From Candidatus Gastranaerophilales bacterium (GTDB lineage: Bacteria > Cyanobacteriota > Vampirovibrionia > Gastranaerophilales > Gastranaerophilaceae): DNA of 64,000 nt. Below are positions 9,839-18,906 of this stretch, in pieces; position 1 is the stretch's first letter, and each line of letters starts with the position of its first letter. The notes beneath the pieces were generated by a model. The model was not told the origin of the DNA and did no database searches. It saw nothing but the letters and a program-made list of their open reading frames with translations. The translations under genes and the position numbers were made by a program. Location: the NCBI GenBank assembly GCA_944322755.1, contig CALUPY010000002.1, positions 95,790 through 159,789 of the forward strand, in the 5' to 3' direction.

Positions 9839-10498
9839 ATGGATAAAGTAAAACAACTCTTTGGGCAACGAATTAAATTTTTAAGAAAAACCCGCCATAT
9901 GACACAGGAGCAGCTTGCGGAGCGCTTGGGGCTGAATGTAAGACAGATCAGCAGAATAGAATCTGGAGTGAATTTTGTTTCTCTGGATACTATGAAAATG
10001 TTGAGCGTTATTTTTAATGTAAATATTAGTGAGCTTTTTAATATATCAATTACTCCTGATGAAATTTTATTGAGTTGCAAGGATAAAATACTGCATTATA
10101 CAGCAGTTGATACTGACAAGGGAACGAAATTTACAAAAACAGGAGATTCTGACTCATTTTACATAAAGAATTTTGTCTATGATAAAAAGGACGAATCTCT
10201 CAGTGATATAGCAAAAAAATGTAATCACCAATTAACAGTTTCTTATATGAAAAATAATGAGGCAACAGCTGATATTATTTATTTTCCGAATGGTGATTTT
10301 AAAGTTTATAAGAGGCAAAATTTTTTCAGAATTGATTATAAGCTGACAAAACTTTTTAATGAAATAATCAAAATTTCCAAAAATGAATTGATGCTAGATT
10401 TTATTAAAACAGCAGTTAATGCCTGCAGAAGCCTGGCTGCAAGAAAAAGATTGCGGATTCTTCTTGATGGTTTGGATTTGGCAGACAAAATGAAGTAA
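9839..10498 (+). CDS. XRE-family HTH transcriptional regulator with an uncharacterised C-terminal domain
   Basis: GAAGGAG 7 nt upstream of ATG 9839. N-terminus FGQRIKFLRKTRHMTQEQLAERLGLNVRQISRIESG is a classic Cro/C1-type HTH. Confidence 0.8.
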   Translation: MDKVKQLFGQRIKFLRKTRHMTQEQLAERLGLNVRQISRIESGVNFVSLDTMKMLSVIFNVNISELFNISITPDEILLSCKDKILHYTAVDTDKGTKFTKTGDSDSFYIKNFVYDKKDESLSDIAKKCNHQLTVSYMKNNEATADIIYFPNGDFKVYKRQNFFRIDYKLTKLFNEIIKISKNELMLDFIKTAVNACRSLAARKRLRILLDGLDLADKMK

Positions 10499-10500
10499 GA

Positions 10501-10917
10501 TTATTTTGTTTCAAAAGGGCTGCCTTTTGTTCCTTTTATAATCTGTTTTATAAAATTTCCAGCTTCATCATACACGTTCATATACCAGTCAAAAAGGTTA
10601 GGAATACCGTTTATTAGCTCTTTCGTTTTTACATAACCTTTGCTGTTGGGCTTTTTGGTGAAGTAGGTTCTCGTGCCTTCTTCAGAAACAATTTTTTCTT
10701 TTGTACCGTCCGGCAAAAATCTCGTGTATGTGAGTTGTTTTTTATCTGGATAAACAATCAGATGGGCTGTTTTCTGAATTTCTTGCCGATTTTCTCCTCT
10801 TACGATTTTTTCAATTTTTGCATATTTAGTATAATGTTTGCTTGTTTTATTTATTTGTACACGTGTTTCAATTGGTGTTATTGAAATAATTTTCATAGGA
10901 AGTTTTTTGAGTGCCAT
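10501..10917 (-). CDS. hypothetical protein
   Basis: 138-aa ORF convergent with the XRE gene (2 nt between stops). No recognisable domain. Confidence 0.5.
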   Translation of the reverse strand: MALKKLPMKIISITPIETRVQINKTSKHYTKYAKIEKIVRGENRQEIQKTAHLIVYPDKKQLTYTRFLPDGTKEKIVSEEGTRTYFTKKPNSKGYVKTKELINGIPNLFDWYMNVYDEAGNFIKQIIKGTKGSPFETK

Positions 10918-11060
10918 ATTTAATTCCTCCTGGCTTTTTGTTTTTATAAAAGAACGTGAAAAAAATAATTTATTGAAATTCAGAAAAAATTTACAAAACT
11001 TTAGAATATAAAACTAAAAATCATATAAAATAACTAATACAAGGAGGCTTGGTATTTAAA

Positions 11061-11492
11061 ATGGAAAAATTGACAGAAAGCCAGGAAGATTATTTAGAAG
11101 AAATATATTTGCAGGTTTTAAGAAACGGAGCTGCTAAAGTTACCGATATTTCAAAAAATTTAAATGTTAAAAAAGCATCAGTAAGCGGAGCCCTAAATAC
11201 CCTCCAAAAAAGGGGATTAATAAATTATGCTCCATATTCTCAAATTACATTGACGCTTTCAGGGGAGCATCAGGCACAAAAAATATTGCAAAGACATAAT
11301 ACTATGACAAAATTTTTTGTTGAAGTTCTTGGACTCAGTGAAAAAGAAGCTGTTGAGAATGCATGCCGTATCGAACATTCCATGACGGAACTGCTTTTTG
11401 AAAAGGCTATAAAATTTTATGAAATAATTAAGGATTATTCTGAGCGAAATGAAGATTTCAGAGAATCGCTGGAAATCTTAAAAAATAAGTAA
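11061..11492 (+). CDS. DtxR/MntR-family metal-dependent transcriptional repressor
   Basis: MEKLTESQEDYLEEIYLQV...VTDISKNLNVKKASVSGALNTLQKRGLI plus C-terminal RHNTMTKFF...A...EH match the DtxR family. The start is uncertain (TTG 11049 or ATG 11061). Confidence 0.8.
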   Translation: MEKLTESQEDYLEEIYLQVLRNGAAKVTDISKNLNVKKASVSGALNTLQKRGLINYAPYSQITLTLSGEHQAQKILQRHNTMTKFFVEVLGLSEKEAVENACRIEHSMTELLFEKAIKFYEIIKDYSERNEDFRESLEILKNK

Positions 11493-11497
11493 AATAA

Positions 11498-11528
11498 AAG
11501 AGGGGATGACAATTGTGTATCCCCTCTT
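11498..11528. terminator. bidirectional intrinsic terminator between convergent genes
   Basis: 10-bp perfect stem AAGAGGGGAT / ATCCCCTCTT with an 11-nt loop, flanked by A-run and T-run. Confidence 0.7.
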
Positions 11529-11551
11529 CTTTCATAATTCAAGCATTTTTA

Positions 11552-12301
11552 TTATTTTATTGTAAATGTTGCATTAACAACAGCAATTACTTTCTTTTCT
11601 ATTGACTGCGTATCATTTATTCCGTAATCTGAAACTTCTGTTGAATTTACCGGAACTATTTGGAATACTCCCATTTTTGCGGAATTCATCACTCCGATAT
11701 GTCCGTTTGTACTTTTTACCATGCTTTCAGCTCTGTCTTTTGCATTTTTCGTAGCATCTGCCAGTACCTCAACTTTAAGTTCATCAAGATTAGAGACAAA
11801 ATATTGTGCAGAATTTGACGTAATTTCCACATTCTTTTCTACTAATTCTGATACTTTTTTAGAAATATCTGTGATTATGTTTATATCATTGGATGAAACT
11901 TCAACATTCTGAGACAGCCTGTATCCGTCTACTTTATTTGTTTCATAACCATTTGGCGTTCTTTGATATATTGCATATGAATTAACCGGAGAGAATTTTA
12001 TGTCTTTATCTTCTATTCCGTTTGCAACTAAAAATTCTTTTATTGTTTTTGAATTTTCGTTCATTGTCGCATATGCTGATTTTAGATCAGCATTTCTTGT
12101 TTCATAATATGCTTTCCACATTCCACTGTCGGACATCACATTTTTGCTGGCAGAGCCGGTAACTGTCAGTGCCTGGGTATTAAGCTTTTGAAATGCAATA
12201 ACAGCATGCGAGAAAATAAATGTTGATAAAATAACACCAAGTGCAATGAAAAGACCAAGCAATGCAACCTGATATTCTTTCAGTTCTTGTAATTTATTCA
12301 T
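11552..12301 (-). CDS. SIMPL (DUF541) domain protein, N-terminally membrane-anchored
   Basis: 249 aa. N-terminal TM VALLGLFIALGVILSTFIF, then a SIMPL-like body (LTVTGSASKNV..., ...DATKNAKDRAESM...). Confidence 0.6.
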   Translation of the reverse strand: MNKLQELKEYQVALLGLFIALGVILSTFIFSHAVIAFQKLNTQALTVTGSASKNVMSDSGMWKAYYETRNADLKSAYATMNENSKTIKEFLVANGIEDKDIKFSPVNSYAIYQRTPNGYETNKVDGYRLSQNVEVSSNDINIITDISKKVSELVEKNVEITSNSAQYFVSNLDELKVEVLADATKNAKDRAESMVKSTNGHIGVMNSAKMGVFQIVPVNSTEVSDYGINDTQSIEKKVIAVVNATFTIK

Positions 12302-12390
12302 TTTGACCCCTTTCTTATAGGAGAATAGTATAAATGTTTATTTATATAATGTAAATACTATATTCTGTATTTTTGTATTAATATGTAAGT

Positions 12391-12732
12391 ATGTTAAGAC
12401 AAATTGCACCAATAGTACTATTAACAATTTCTAATGTTTTTATGACTTTTGCCTGGTACGGTCATTTAAAATACAAAAATGCCGCTTTGTGGCTGGTTAT
12501 ACTTGTGAGCTGGGGAATTGCCTTTTTTGAATACTGTTTTCAGGTGCCTGCTAACAGAATTGGTCATGGGTATTACGATGCAGCACATTTAAAAACAATA
12601 CAGGAAGTTATAACATTGGTCGTCTTTTGTTTCTTTTCTGTTTTCTATCTTAAAGAAAATTTAAAATGGAATTATATAGTAGGATTTCTGTTTATAATAC
12701 TTGCGGTATTTTTTATATTTAAAAAGTGGTAA
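12391..12732 (+). CDS. small DMT-superfamily membrane protein (DUF486 family)
   Basis: 113 aa with 4 TM segments. N-terminal SNVFMTFAWYGHLKY motif is typical of DUF486. Confidence 0.7.
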   Translation: MLRQIAPIVLLTISNVFMTFAWYGHLKYKNAALWLVILVSWGIAFFEYCFQVPANRIGHGYYDAAHLKTIQEVITLVVFCFFSVFYLKENLKWNYIVGFLFIILAVFFIFKKW

Positions 12733-12753
12733 TTCTTTTGAATTACCACTTTT
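12722..12753. terminator. bidirectional intrinsic terminator
   Basis: 14-bp perfect stem AAAAGTGGTAATTC / GAATTACCACTTTT with a TTTT loop. It overlaps the stop codon of the DUF486 gene. Confidence 0.75.
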
Positions 12754-12761
12754 CTAATTGA

Positions 12762-13382
12762 TTATTTTCCGGGTGCCGGTTCTATAGGTGGAGGTCCCAT
12801 CATCGGCGGCATATCCGGACTCATTCCCGGAGCGCCAGGGCCTCTATGACCTCTTGGGCCTCGTGGACCTTCTGGTCTGCCAAAATCATTTTTCATCTTT
12901 TCATGGATTTCTGCTTTCATTTTTTCGAGTTCTGCTTTTTGTTCAGGAGTAAGTACTGCTTCGAATTTATCCATGCTTGATTTTCTTATTTCAGCTTCTG
13001 ATTTAATGAGTTCTCTCATTTCATCATGTTTCTTTTTCATTTTGGTTCTGATTGGTTCAAGTTTTTTCTTTTCTTCTGCTTTTATTGATTCAAGTTTCGA
13101 TTTTTGTTCTGCTGTAAGATTCAATCTTTTTTCAAATTCTGCACGTCTTTCTTCAGGTGTCATTCTTTCTGGTCGTGCAGGTTTTTTGCAACCGCATTCA
13201 CAATCAGGCGTACATTCTTTACCCGGGTGCTCTTTTTGGCACTGACAATCCTGAGAACAAGTTTTTTCTGATTTCAAATTCTGTGTTTCATTGGTCTGCG
13301 TATTTGCCATTACGGCAGAAGAGCAGATTGACAGGGTGAAAAGACTCGCCAAGGCTGCAGTTAGAATTGTTTTCTTTTTCAT
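12762..13382 (-). CDS. Spy/CpxP-family periplasmic protein with a Cys-rich N-terminal segment and Pro/Gly-rich tail
   Basis: Signal peptide MKKKTILTAALASLFTLSICSSAVMA. Two LTxxQ motifs (LTAEQKSKLE, LTPEQKAELE). Cys cluster CSQDCQCQKEHPGKECTPDCECGC. Tail GPRGPRGHRGPGAPG...PPMMGPPP. Confidence 0.65.
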   Translation of the reverse strand: MKKKTILTAALASLFTLSICSSAVMANTQTNETQNLKSEKTCSQDCQCQKEHPGKECTPDCECGCKKPARPERMTPEERRAEFEKRLNLTAEQKSKLESIKAEEKKKLEPIRTKMKKKHDEMRELIKSEAEIRKSSMDKFEAVLTPEQKAELEKMKAEIHEKMKNDFGRPEGPRGPRGHRGPGAPGMSPDMPPMMGPPPIEPAPGK

Positions 13383-13678
13383 ACAAATCTCCTTTCGTCT
13401 ACCTTATCGAGTATTAATTATTTTTACATGACTGTCAATCATCTGCATAATTTAATGTAATAATGTAAAATTTAGTTAAAAATTATTAAAAATACATGTT
13501 TTTTCTTATTTTTACTCTTGTATGATGTTTTTGAAATGGGTAAAAATAGCTGGGACAAGTCGGTTTTGGGTGGTGTCTAAAATCGTAAATTTTTTCAAAA
13601 AAATATACCCGATTGGGTGATATTTTTTGAAGTAAAAAATGTATATCATAAAAAAAAGGTTTGGGCATTAGAGGCAAT

Positions 13679-14338
13679 ATGAAAGAAAACCACATATCAG
13701 TATATATTGTAGAAGATTATAAATTGAGTAGAATGTGCATAAAACAGGTTCTTCTTGAAGACGGCTCTTTTAATATATATGGCGATTTTGAATCAGCTGA
13801 AGAGATGCTGGAAAATATGTATAAAAAATCGTCGGATTTAGTAGTTATGGATATAGGGCTAACAGGAATCGATGGACTTAAAGCAACGAATTTAATTTGT
13901 AAAAATTTTAAAAATACAAAAGTAATTATTTACACATCCCATAAAAACAGAAAAGAAATCTATAAGGCGTTTAAGTATGGAGCACAAGGTTATTTTCTGA
14001 AAGAAAATAATCCATTATTATTGCCCTTGATTTTAAAGTCTGTGTATAATAGTATGGTATGTGTTGATACAGCAATTTCAGATAGTGTAATAGGTAGGTA
14101 TACGTCACGTATGAAAAACAAAAATGGAAATTTTGGCTTTGACATTAGCAATTTAACTGAAGAGGAAATTGAGATTATGCGCTGCATTGCAAGCGGTGAC
14201 AGTAATACAGTTATTGCTAAGAAATTTAAGATTAGTCCCAATACTGTTAAAACAAGGGTTGCAAAACTGACAGAAAAACTAAACGCACAGGATAGGATTC
14301 AGGTAGCAGTTATTGCTGCTAAATGTAATCTTATCTGA
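13679..14338 (+). CDS. NarL/FixJ-type response regulator (receiver + LuxR HTH)
   Basis: AGAGG upstream of ATG 13679. VYIVEDY, DLVVMDIGLTGIDG and the C-terminal LTEEEIEIMRCIASGDSNTVIAKKFKISPNTVKTRV LuxR-type HTH. Confidence 0.85.
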   Translation: MKENHISVYIVEDYKLSRMCIKQVLLEDGSFNIYGDFESAEEMLENMYKKSSDLVVMDIGLTGIDGLKATNLICKNFKNTKVIIYTSHKNRKEIYKAFKYGAQGYFLKENNPLLLPLILKSVYNSMVCVDTAISDSVIGRYTSRMKNKNGNFGFDISNLTEEEIEIMRCIASGDSNTVIAKKFKISPNTVKTRVAKLTEKLNAQDRIQVAVIAAKCNLI

Positions 14339-14362
14339 ATAAAAACACAGAGAGATGATAAG

Positions 14363-16018
14363 ATGAAAGAAAAAACATTGTTTATGCTAGCCGGGTTCGG
14401 GCTGGCTTTATCCGTATTATTATTTACAGCAAAAACAAATATCTACAATTATATACTAGGTGTTTGTTCATTATTAAGTGTAGCTGTGTTTCTCATTTAT
14501 TATTTAAAAGAACGCAGTTATTATCTGAATCTAATTAAAAAAGCAAGAAACAAACGAGGAAAATCTATTTGCAGTTTGTTTGATAATTCTCCAGATATGA
14601 TATATTACAAGGATTGTGACGGAAGATATATTGCTTCTAATAGTTCATTTATGTGTGCTAATGGCTTGAAGTCAGAGGCAGATTTAATAGGTAAAAAAGA
14701 CATAGATTTATATGACAAATCCGTATCAAAAGAGCTGAAAGATTTTGACAATAAGGTTCTTTCTTCTGGTAAAGCTGTTAGATTTCTAAAATCTAGCAAA
14801 GGACAGAATGGAAAATTGTTTATACATGAAGTTGTTAAAATTCCTGTCAAAGAGTCAGGAAAAATAATAGGAATAGCCGGTATAGCAAGAGATGTTACAG
14901 AGCAGCAAAAACTACAGGAATATCTGATTTTGAAACAGGCTCAACTTAGTTCGTTTATGAACAATACTTCACTGTTCATTTTTATGCTTGATCCTGATGG
15001 CAAAATACTTCTGGGTAATGACAAATTTAGTGAATTAATTGGTGACCCACAAAAAGATTACCTTGGAAAAACTTTTGATGAAACTATTCTTGCCGACTAT
15101 ACAGAGAAGCTTTCCTGGGGATTGGAGTCTGTTCTTGTTAGCAAAATAGCTACTTCAAATAATTTAATAATGGAACAGGATGGAACGCAAAATTGGTTTA
15201 AGGTTATTAAATCTCCTGTCTTGGATAAAAATAACCGTGTAATCGGTGCATCTTGTGTAATGAGTAATATCGATGAAGAGATACATTTGAAAATGCGCAG
15301 AGATAACTTTCTTGTAACAGTGTCTCATGATTTAAAAACTCCTCTGGTTGCACAGATAAGAGCTCTTGAGTTAATGTTAAATGAATGTTTTGGAAAATTG
15401 AGTGGTCAACTGCGTGATATAGTTGAACAAATATGGACTTCTAACAAACATTTGCATCAAATGGTCTCAAATCTTATGAGTAGTTATAAAAATGAAGAGG
15501 GTGTTGTGCATCTTCAATTTTCGGATTTGCATATGTTAAAAATGGTCGAGGAAGTAGCAAAAGAATTTTATTTGCTGGCAAGAGACAGGAATCTTACATT
15601 TGAATTTGTTGATAAACCGGAAGATGATGTAATATTTGCTGATTGGCAGGAGATAAGAAGGGTTGTCATAAATCTTTTATCTAACGCAATTGCATATGCA
15701 GATGCCGGGTCAACTATTTATGTGTCTATGTATAAGAATAGCAATGAATATTCTCTGGAAGTTACCAACAAAAGCGAATACATACCAAAAGAAAAATTGG
15801 ATACACTTTTTGATAAATATGTTTCACTCTCAAATAAATTTGATAGAATAGGAACAGGGCTCGGGTTATATTCCTCACGGCAGATTGTTACTGCGCATAA
15901 TGGATATATGCTCGCAAAAAGTTCAAAAAATAATGTAAATATGTTTGGATTTATTGTTCCGGTTTCGCCTGACAAGAAAGTTAACATGAACAGACGTGAA
16001 ATTATTAAAAATCATTAA
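14363..16018 (+). CDS. membrane-anchored PAS-domain sensor histidine kinase
   Basis: 551 aa with two N-terminal TM segments and two PAS-like regions. H-box SHDLKTPLVAQI, N-box LLSNAIAYA and G2 GTGLGLY. Confidence 0.85.
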   Translation: MKEKTLFMLAGFGLALSVLLFTAKTNIYNYILGVCSLLSVAVFLIYYLKERSYYLNLIKKARNKRGKSICSLFDNSPDMIYYKDCDGRYIASNSSFMCANGLKSEADLIGKKDIDLYDKSVSKELKDFDNKVLSSGKAVRFLKSSKGQNGKLFIHEVVKIPVKESGKIIGIAGIARDVTEQQKLQEYLILKQAQLSSFMNNTSLFIFMLDPDGKILLGNDKFSELIGDPQKDYLGKTFDETILADYTEKLSWGLESVLVSKIATSNNLIMEQDGTQNWFKVIKSPVLDKNNRVIGASCVMSNIDEEIHLKMRRDNFLVTVSHDLKTPLVAQIRALELMLNECFGKLSGQLRDIVEQIWTSNKHLHQMVSNLMSSYKNEEGVVHLQFSDLHMLKMVEEVAKEFYLLARDRNLTFEFVDKPEDDVIFADWQEIRRVVINLLSNAIAYADAGSTIYVSMYKNSNEYSLEVTNKSEYIPKEKLDTLFDKYVSLSNKFDRIGTGLGLYSSRQIVTAHNGYMLAKSSKNNVNMFGFIVPVSPDKKVNMNRREIIKNH

Positions 16019-16092
16019 ATTTTGTAAAAAATATGCAAAAAAACATCATTTATGATTTAAAATAAATATAGAAGTATGAAGGGTGTGTTGTA

Positions 16093-16602
16093 ATGTTAGA
16101 TGTGAACAGATTGTATCCACAGTATTCGGTTTCATCGGAGCGAAGAAAGCAGAATATATCTGTACCGTTTGAACGACGTTCCGGTCTTGACCGACGTTCA
16201 GAGGAGCGTGTTGCTTTGGATACAAATCTGACTCGTGATATTTTTGAAGTCCGAAATTCTATTTCAGAACTAAAAAAAACAGCACAAAAAAATGCACAAA
16301 AGATAGATGTCGATGCTTCGATTTCGATATCTGCACCTGCTAGTTTAAATTCAGATCAATTTATAAAAACACACAATTCAAAGAAAATAGAGCAAGTGGA
16401 AAAATCTTTTGAGCCTCCATCAACAGCTGCTCTTATGGGGGGAATTCTTGCTATAGCAATGGGCGGAGTTATAGCCTCTACTCTTCTTGGTACAGCCGGT
16501 GCTGTTATTGCAGTTGGATTTGGCGCTTACATCGGCGGTAAAGTATTAAAACAGGCTATTGTCAATCAAATAATTGAAAATGAAAAAAATAAAAAATTAT
16601 AA
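16093..16602 (+). CDS. hypothetical protein with Arg-rich N-terminus and C-terminal glycine-zipper TM region
   Basis: 169 aa. ERRKQNISVPFERRSGLDRRSEERV near the N-terminus. The hydrophobic segment is LMGGILAIAMGGVIASTLLGTAGAVIAVGFGAYIGG. GAAGGG SD lies upstream. Confidence 0.5.
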   Translation: MLDVNRLYPQYSVSSERRKQNISVPFERRSGLDRRSEERVALDTNLTRDIFEVRNSISELKKTAQKNAQKIDVDASISISAPASLNSDQFIKTHNSKKIEQVEKSFEPPSTAALMGGILAIAMGGVIASTLLGTAGAVIAVGFGAYIGGKVLKQAIVNQIIENEKNKKL

Positions 16603-16825
16603 AAATAAACGTTGTTAATTAGTCATGCTACGTAGTGTTTCGTAATATTAAAATATTATTGTTAAAAGATGCAGCCAAGAAACTGAGACACAACCTTGAA
16701 GCAATGTCTGATTTTTGAAGCCGCTTTTTTGGGGCGTATTAAGGTTTCTATTTTTTTTGTTAGAAAAATATTTCGTTTTATTTTGAGAATTATTACAAAA
16801 TTGATACAAATTATAGAAATTACTG

Positions 16826-16854
16826 TTGACGAGCGTTTATGTTTAATATAAGTT
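16826..16854 (+). promoter_or_regulatory. candidate promoter of the ribosomal protein cluster
   Basis: TTGACG (16826..16831), 17 nt spacer, TAAGTT (16849..16854). The predicted start coincides with the onset of the GC-rich leader. Confidence 0.4.
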
Positions 16855-16861
16855 ATATAAT

Positions 16862-17028
16862 GCACTAGCGTGGGGGCACGTATAGGTGTTAGACGGTTCG
16901 AACTTTCGGGTTCGCTTCTGAAAACGGCGAAACGCCGGTGTTAAGATAAGAGATTGCCGCATATAATTTACCCCCCGCACTCTGCAAACAGCACAAACAA
17001 TAAGTTGAAAGCAAAGGAAGTATATCAA
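16862..17028 (+). promoter_or_regulatory. structured 5' leader of rpsJ (candidate r-protein autoregulatory RNA)
   Basis: GC-rich island in AT-rich surroundings. Long-range pairing of GTGGGGG (16870..16876) with CCCCC(C)GCAC (16971..16980, one G bulged out). Local hairpin CGGCG-AAA-CGCCG at 16925..16937. SD AAAGGAAG lies just before ATG 17029. Confidence 0.45.
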
Positions 17029-17349
17029 ATGAGTACATCTCAAAAAAGACAAAGAATCAGAGTTTGCTTAAAAGCATATGATCATAAACTTATTGATGTT
17101 TCAGCAGAAAAAATCGTCGAAACAGCAAAAAGAACTGACGCAAAGGTGGCAGGTCCTATTCCTTTGCCGACAAAAAGAAGATTATATTGCGTTTTAAGAT
17201 CACCTCACGTGGATAAAAAATCAAGAGAACATTTTGAAATGAGAATCCACAAAAGAATTATCGATATCTATGATCCGACTCAACAAACTACTGAAGAACT
17301 CAGCAGAATGGACTTGCCGGCAGGCGTAGATATTGAAGTAAAACTTTAA
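17029..17349 (+). CDS. rpsJ: 30S ribosomal protein S10
   Basis: [23 protein letters not shown]... is the canonical S10. The start is taken at the internal ATG with an SD; the track ORF 16954 extends into the leader. Confidence 0.95.
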   Translation: MSTSQKRQRIRVCLKAYDHKLIDVSAEKIVETAKRTDAKVAGPIPLPTKRRLYCVLRSPHVDKKSREHFEMRIHKRIIDIYDPTQQTTEELSRMDLPAGVDIEVKL

Positions 17350-17577
17350 CGGTGTGGCCGATAGTGGTTCGCGCAGGCGAATCGCAGGAGGTGATACTGT
17401 TAAAAGCCGCCGTTATGGAAAACAAATTGTTGATTTACAGGCGGAATATAAAACGAAACTAATAACACATACAATTGAATATAGATTGAATGTGATCTAC
17501 AGGGCTCGAAACAAGAGCCCGGAGGACTTCCTCCGAAACAAGTAACTAGGTAGCGCTCACAAGGAGAAAGGTAAGAA
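17350..17577 (+). other. 228-nt structured intercistronic spacer between rpsJ and rplC (candidate cis-regulatory or processing RNA)
   Basis: Hairpins GGGCTC-GAAACAA-GAGCCC (17502..17520) and GGAGG-ACTT-CCTCC (17521..17534). Pairing of CCGCC (17407..17411) with GGCGG (17440..17444). GAAACAAG is repeated at 17508 and 17535. No convincing coding potential. Confidence 0.5.
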
Positions 17578-18234
17578 ATGACCACTAAAGGAAAATCTTC
17601 CAGATTGGGAGTAATAGGTAAAAAACTTGGAATGACACAGGTCTTTGATGAACAAGGGCTTGCTATTCCTGTCACTGTTATCAAAGTTGATCCTTTAACA
17701 GTTACTCAGATTAAAACTGAAGAAACTGATGGATATAATGCGATTCAAGTCGGTTTTGAACCTGCTAAGGAAAAACACCTTACAAAGGCTCAAATCGGTC
17801 ACTTTGCTAAAAACGGACTTGATAACTTCAGATATTTACAGGAATTCAGAGTTGAAAATTCCAATGAATATAAAGTAGGACAGACTATCGATTTGTCAGT
17901 TTTAGAAAGCGTCGAGAAAGTTGATGTTACTGGAAAGTCTATAGGTAAGGGCTTTCAGGGTACTGTTAAAAGATGGAATTTCGGCAGAGGGCCAATGGGA
18001 CATGGCTCTAAAAACCATAGAGAACCAGGTTCAATAGGTGCAGGTACTACTCCGAGTAGAGTTATTAAAGGTAAACGTATGGCCGGAAATATGGGTAACG
18101 AAAAAGTTACAATCACAAAGCTTTCAGTTGTTAAAGTTGACAATGCAAACCATTTGCTTCTTGTTAAAGGTTCAGTACCTGGGCCTGAAGGCAAAATGGT
18201 AACAATCGTTCCTGCAAGAACAAAATGGAATTAA
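17578..18234 (+). CDS. rplC: 50S ribosomal protein L3
   Basis: GVIGKKLGMTQVFDEQG..PVTVI and the C-terminal VKGSVPG motifs. Confidence 0.95.
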   Translation: MTTKGKSSRLGVIGKKLGMTQVFDEQGLAIPVTVIKVDPLTVTQIKTEETDGYNAIQVGFEPAKEKHLTKAQIGHFAKNGLDNFRYLQEFRVENSNEYKVGQTIDLSVLESVEKVDVTGKSIGKGFQGTVKRWNFGRGPMGHGSKNHREPGSIGAGTTPSRVIKGKRMAGNMGNEKVTITKLSVVKVDNANHLLLVKGSVPGPEGKMVTIVPARTKWN

Positions 18235-18270
18235 CGGGACACTCCCATAAATATAATTGAGGTTATAAAA

Positions 18271-18906
18271 ATGACAAAAGAAGTTTCAATATTAAGTACA
18301 AACGGAAATGCAGTAGGGCAGATGTCCTTGGATGAAAACGTTTTTGGCGTTGAACCAAACCTGCATGTTATGCATCTTGCTCTGAGAAGACAGTTGAACA
18401 ACGGAAGAGCAGGAAATGCATCTACAAAAACTAGAGCCGAAGTTTCAGGCGGCGGAAGAAAACCATGGAAACAAAAAGGTACAGGAAGAGCCAGAGCCGG
18501 TTCTATCAGATCACCTCTGTTTGCTGGTGGTGGCGTTATCTTTGGACCGAAACCCAGAGACTACAGTTTTTCTATGCCCCAAAAGGCAAGAAGACTTGCG
18601 TTGAAATCAGCACTTTCTGCCAGAATAGAACAAACAGTTCTTGTTAAAGATTTCTCTGAAATTAAAGAACCTAAAACAAAACTGATGGCAGAGACTCTGA
18701 AAGCCTTAAATGTTGAAGGAAAAATTCTTATCATTGCAGATATTAAAGCAGCGGAAAATGCTTACCTTGGGCTTTCTGCAAGAAATTTACCAAATGTGAA
18801 GATTATTATTCCTTCTAATTTAAATGTAAAAGACTTACTGGATGCAGATAGTGTAATTATTACAGAAGCTGCAATTACTGAAATAACTGAGAGGTTATCA
18901 AAATAA
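18271..18906 (+). CDS. rplD: 50S ribosomal protein L4
   Basis: GGGRKPWKQKGTGRARAGSIRSPLFAGGGVIFGPKPRDY motif. Confidence 0.95.
   Translation: MTKEVSILSTNGNAVGQMSLDENVFGVEPNLHVMHLALRRQLNNGRAGNASTKTRAEVSGGGRKPWKQKGTGRARAGSIRSPLFAGGGVIFGPKPRDYSFSMPQKARRLALKSALSARIEQTVLVKDFSEIKEPKTKLMAETLKALNVEGKILIIADIKAAENAYLGLSARNLPNVKIIIPSNLNVKDLLDADSVIITEAAITEITERLSK

Noticed and set aside
13486-13695. 69-aa minus-strand ORF in the Spy-like / response regulator intergenic region
   Set aside because: It lies in an AT-rich divergent promoter region, overlaps the regulator start, and has no SD.
16662-17052. Two minus-strand ORFs (67 and 69 aa) upstream of rpsJ
   Set aside because: They overlap the predicted promoter and leader of the ribosomal cluster, lack an SD, and have implausible composition.
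17354-17545. 63-codon GTG ORF inside the rpsJ-rplC spacer
   Set aside because: It has no SD and a GTG start directly after the rpsJ stop. The region is better explained by stable hairpins. It is kept only as an alternative in the spacer finding.
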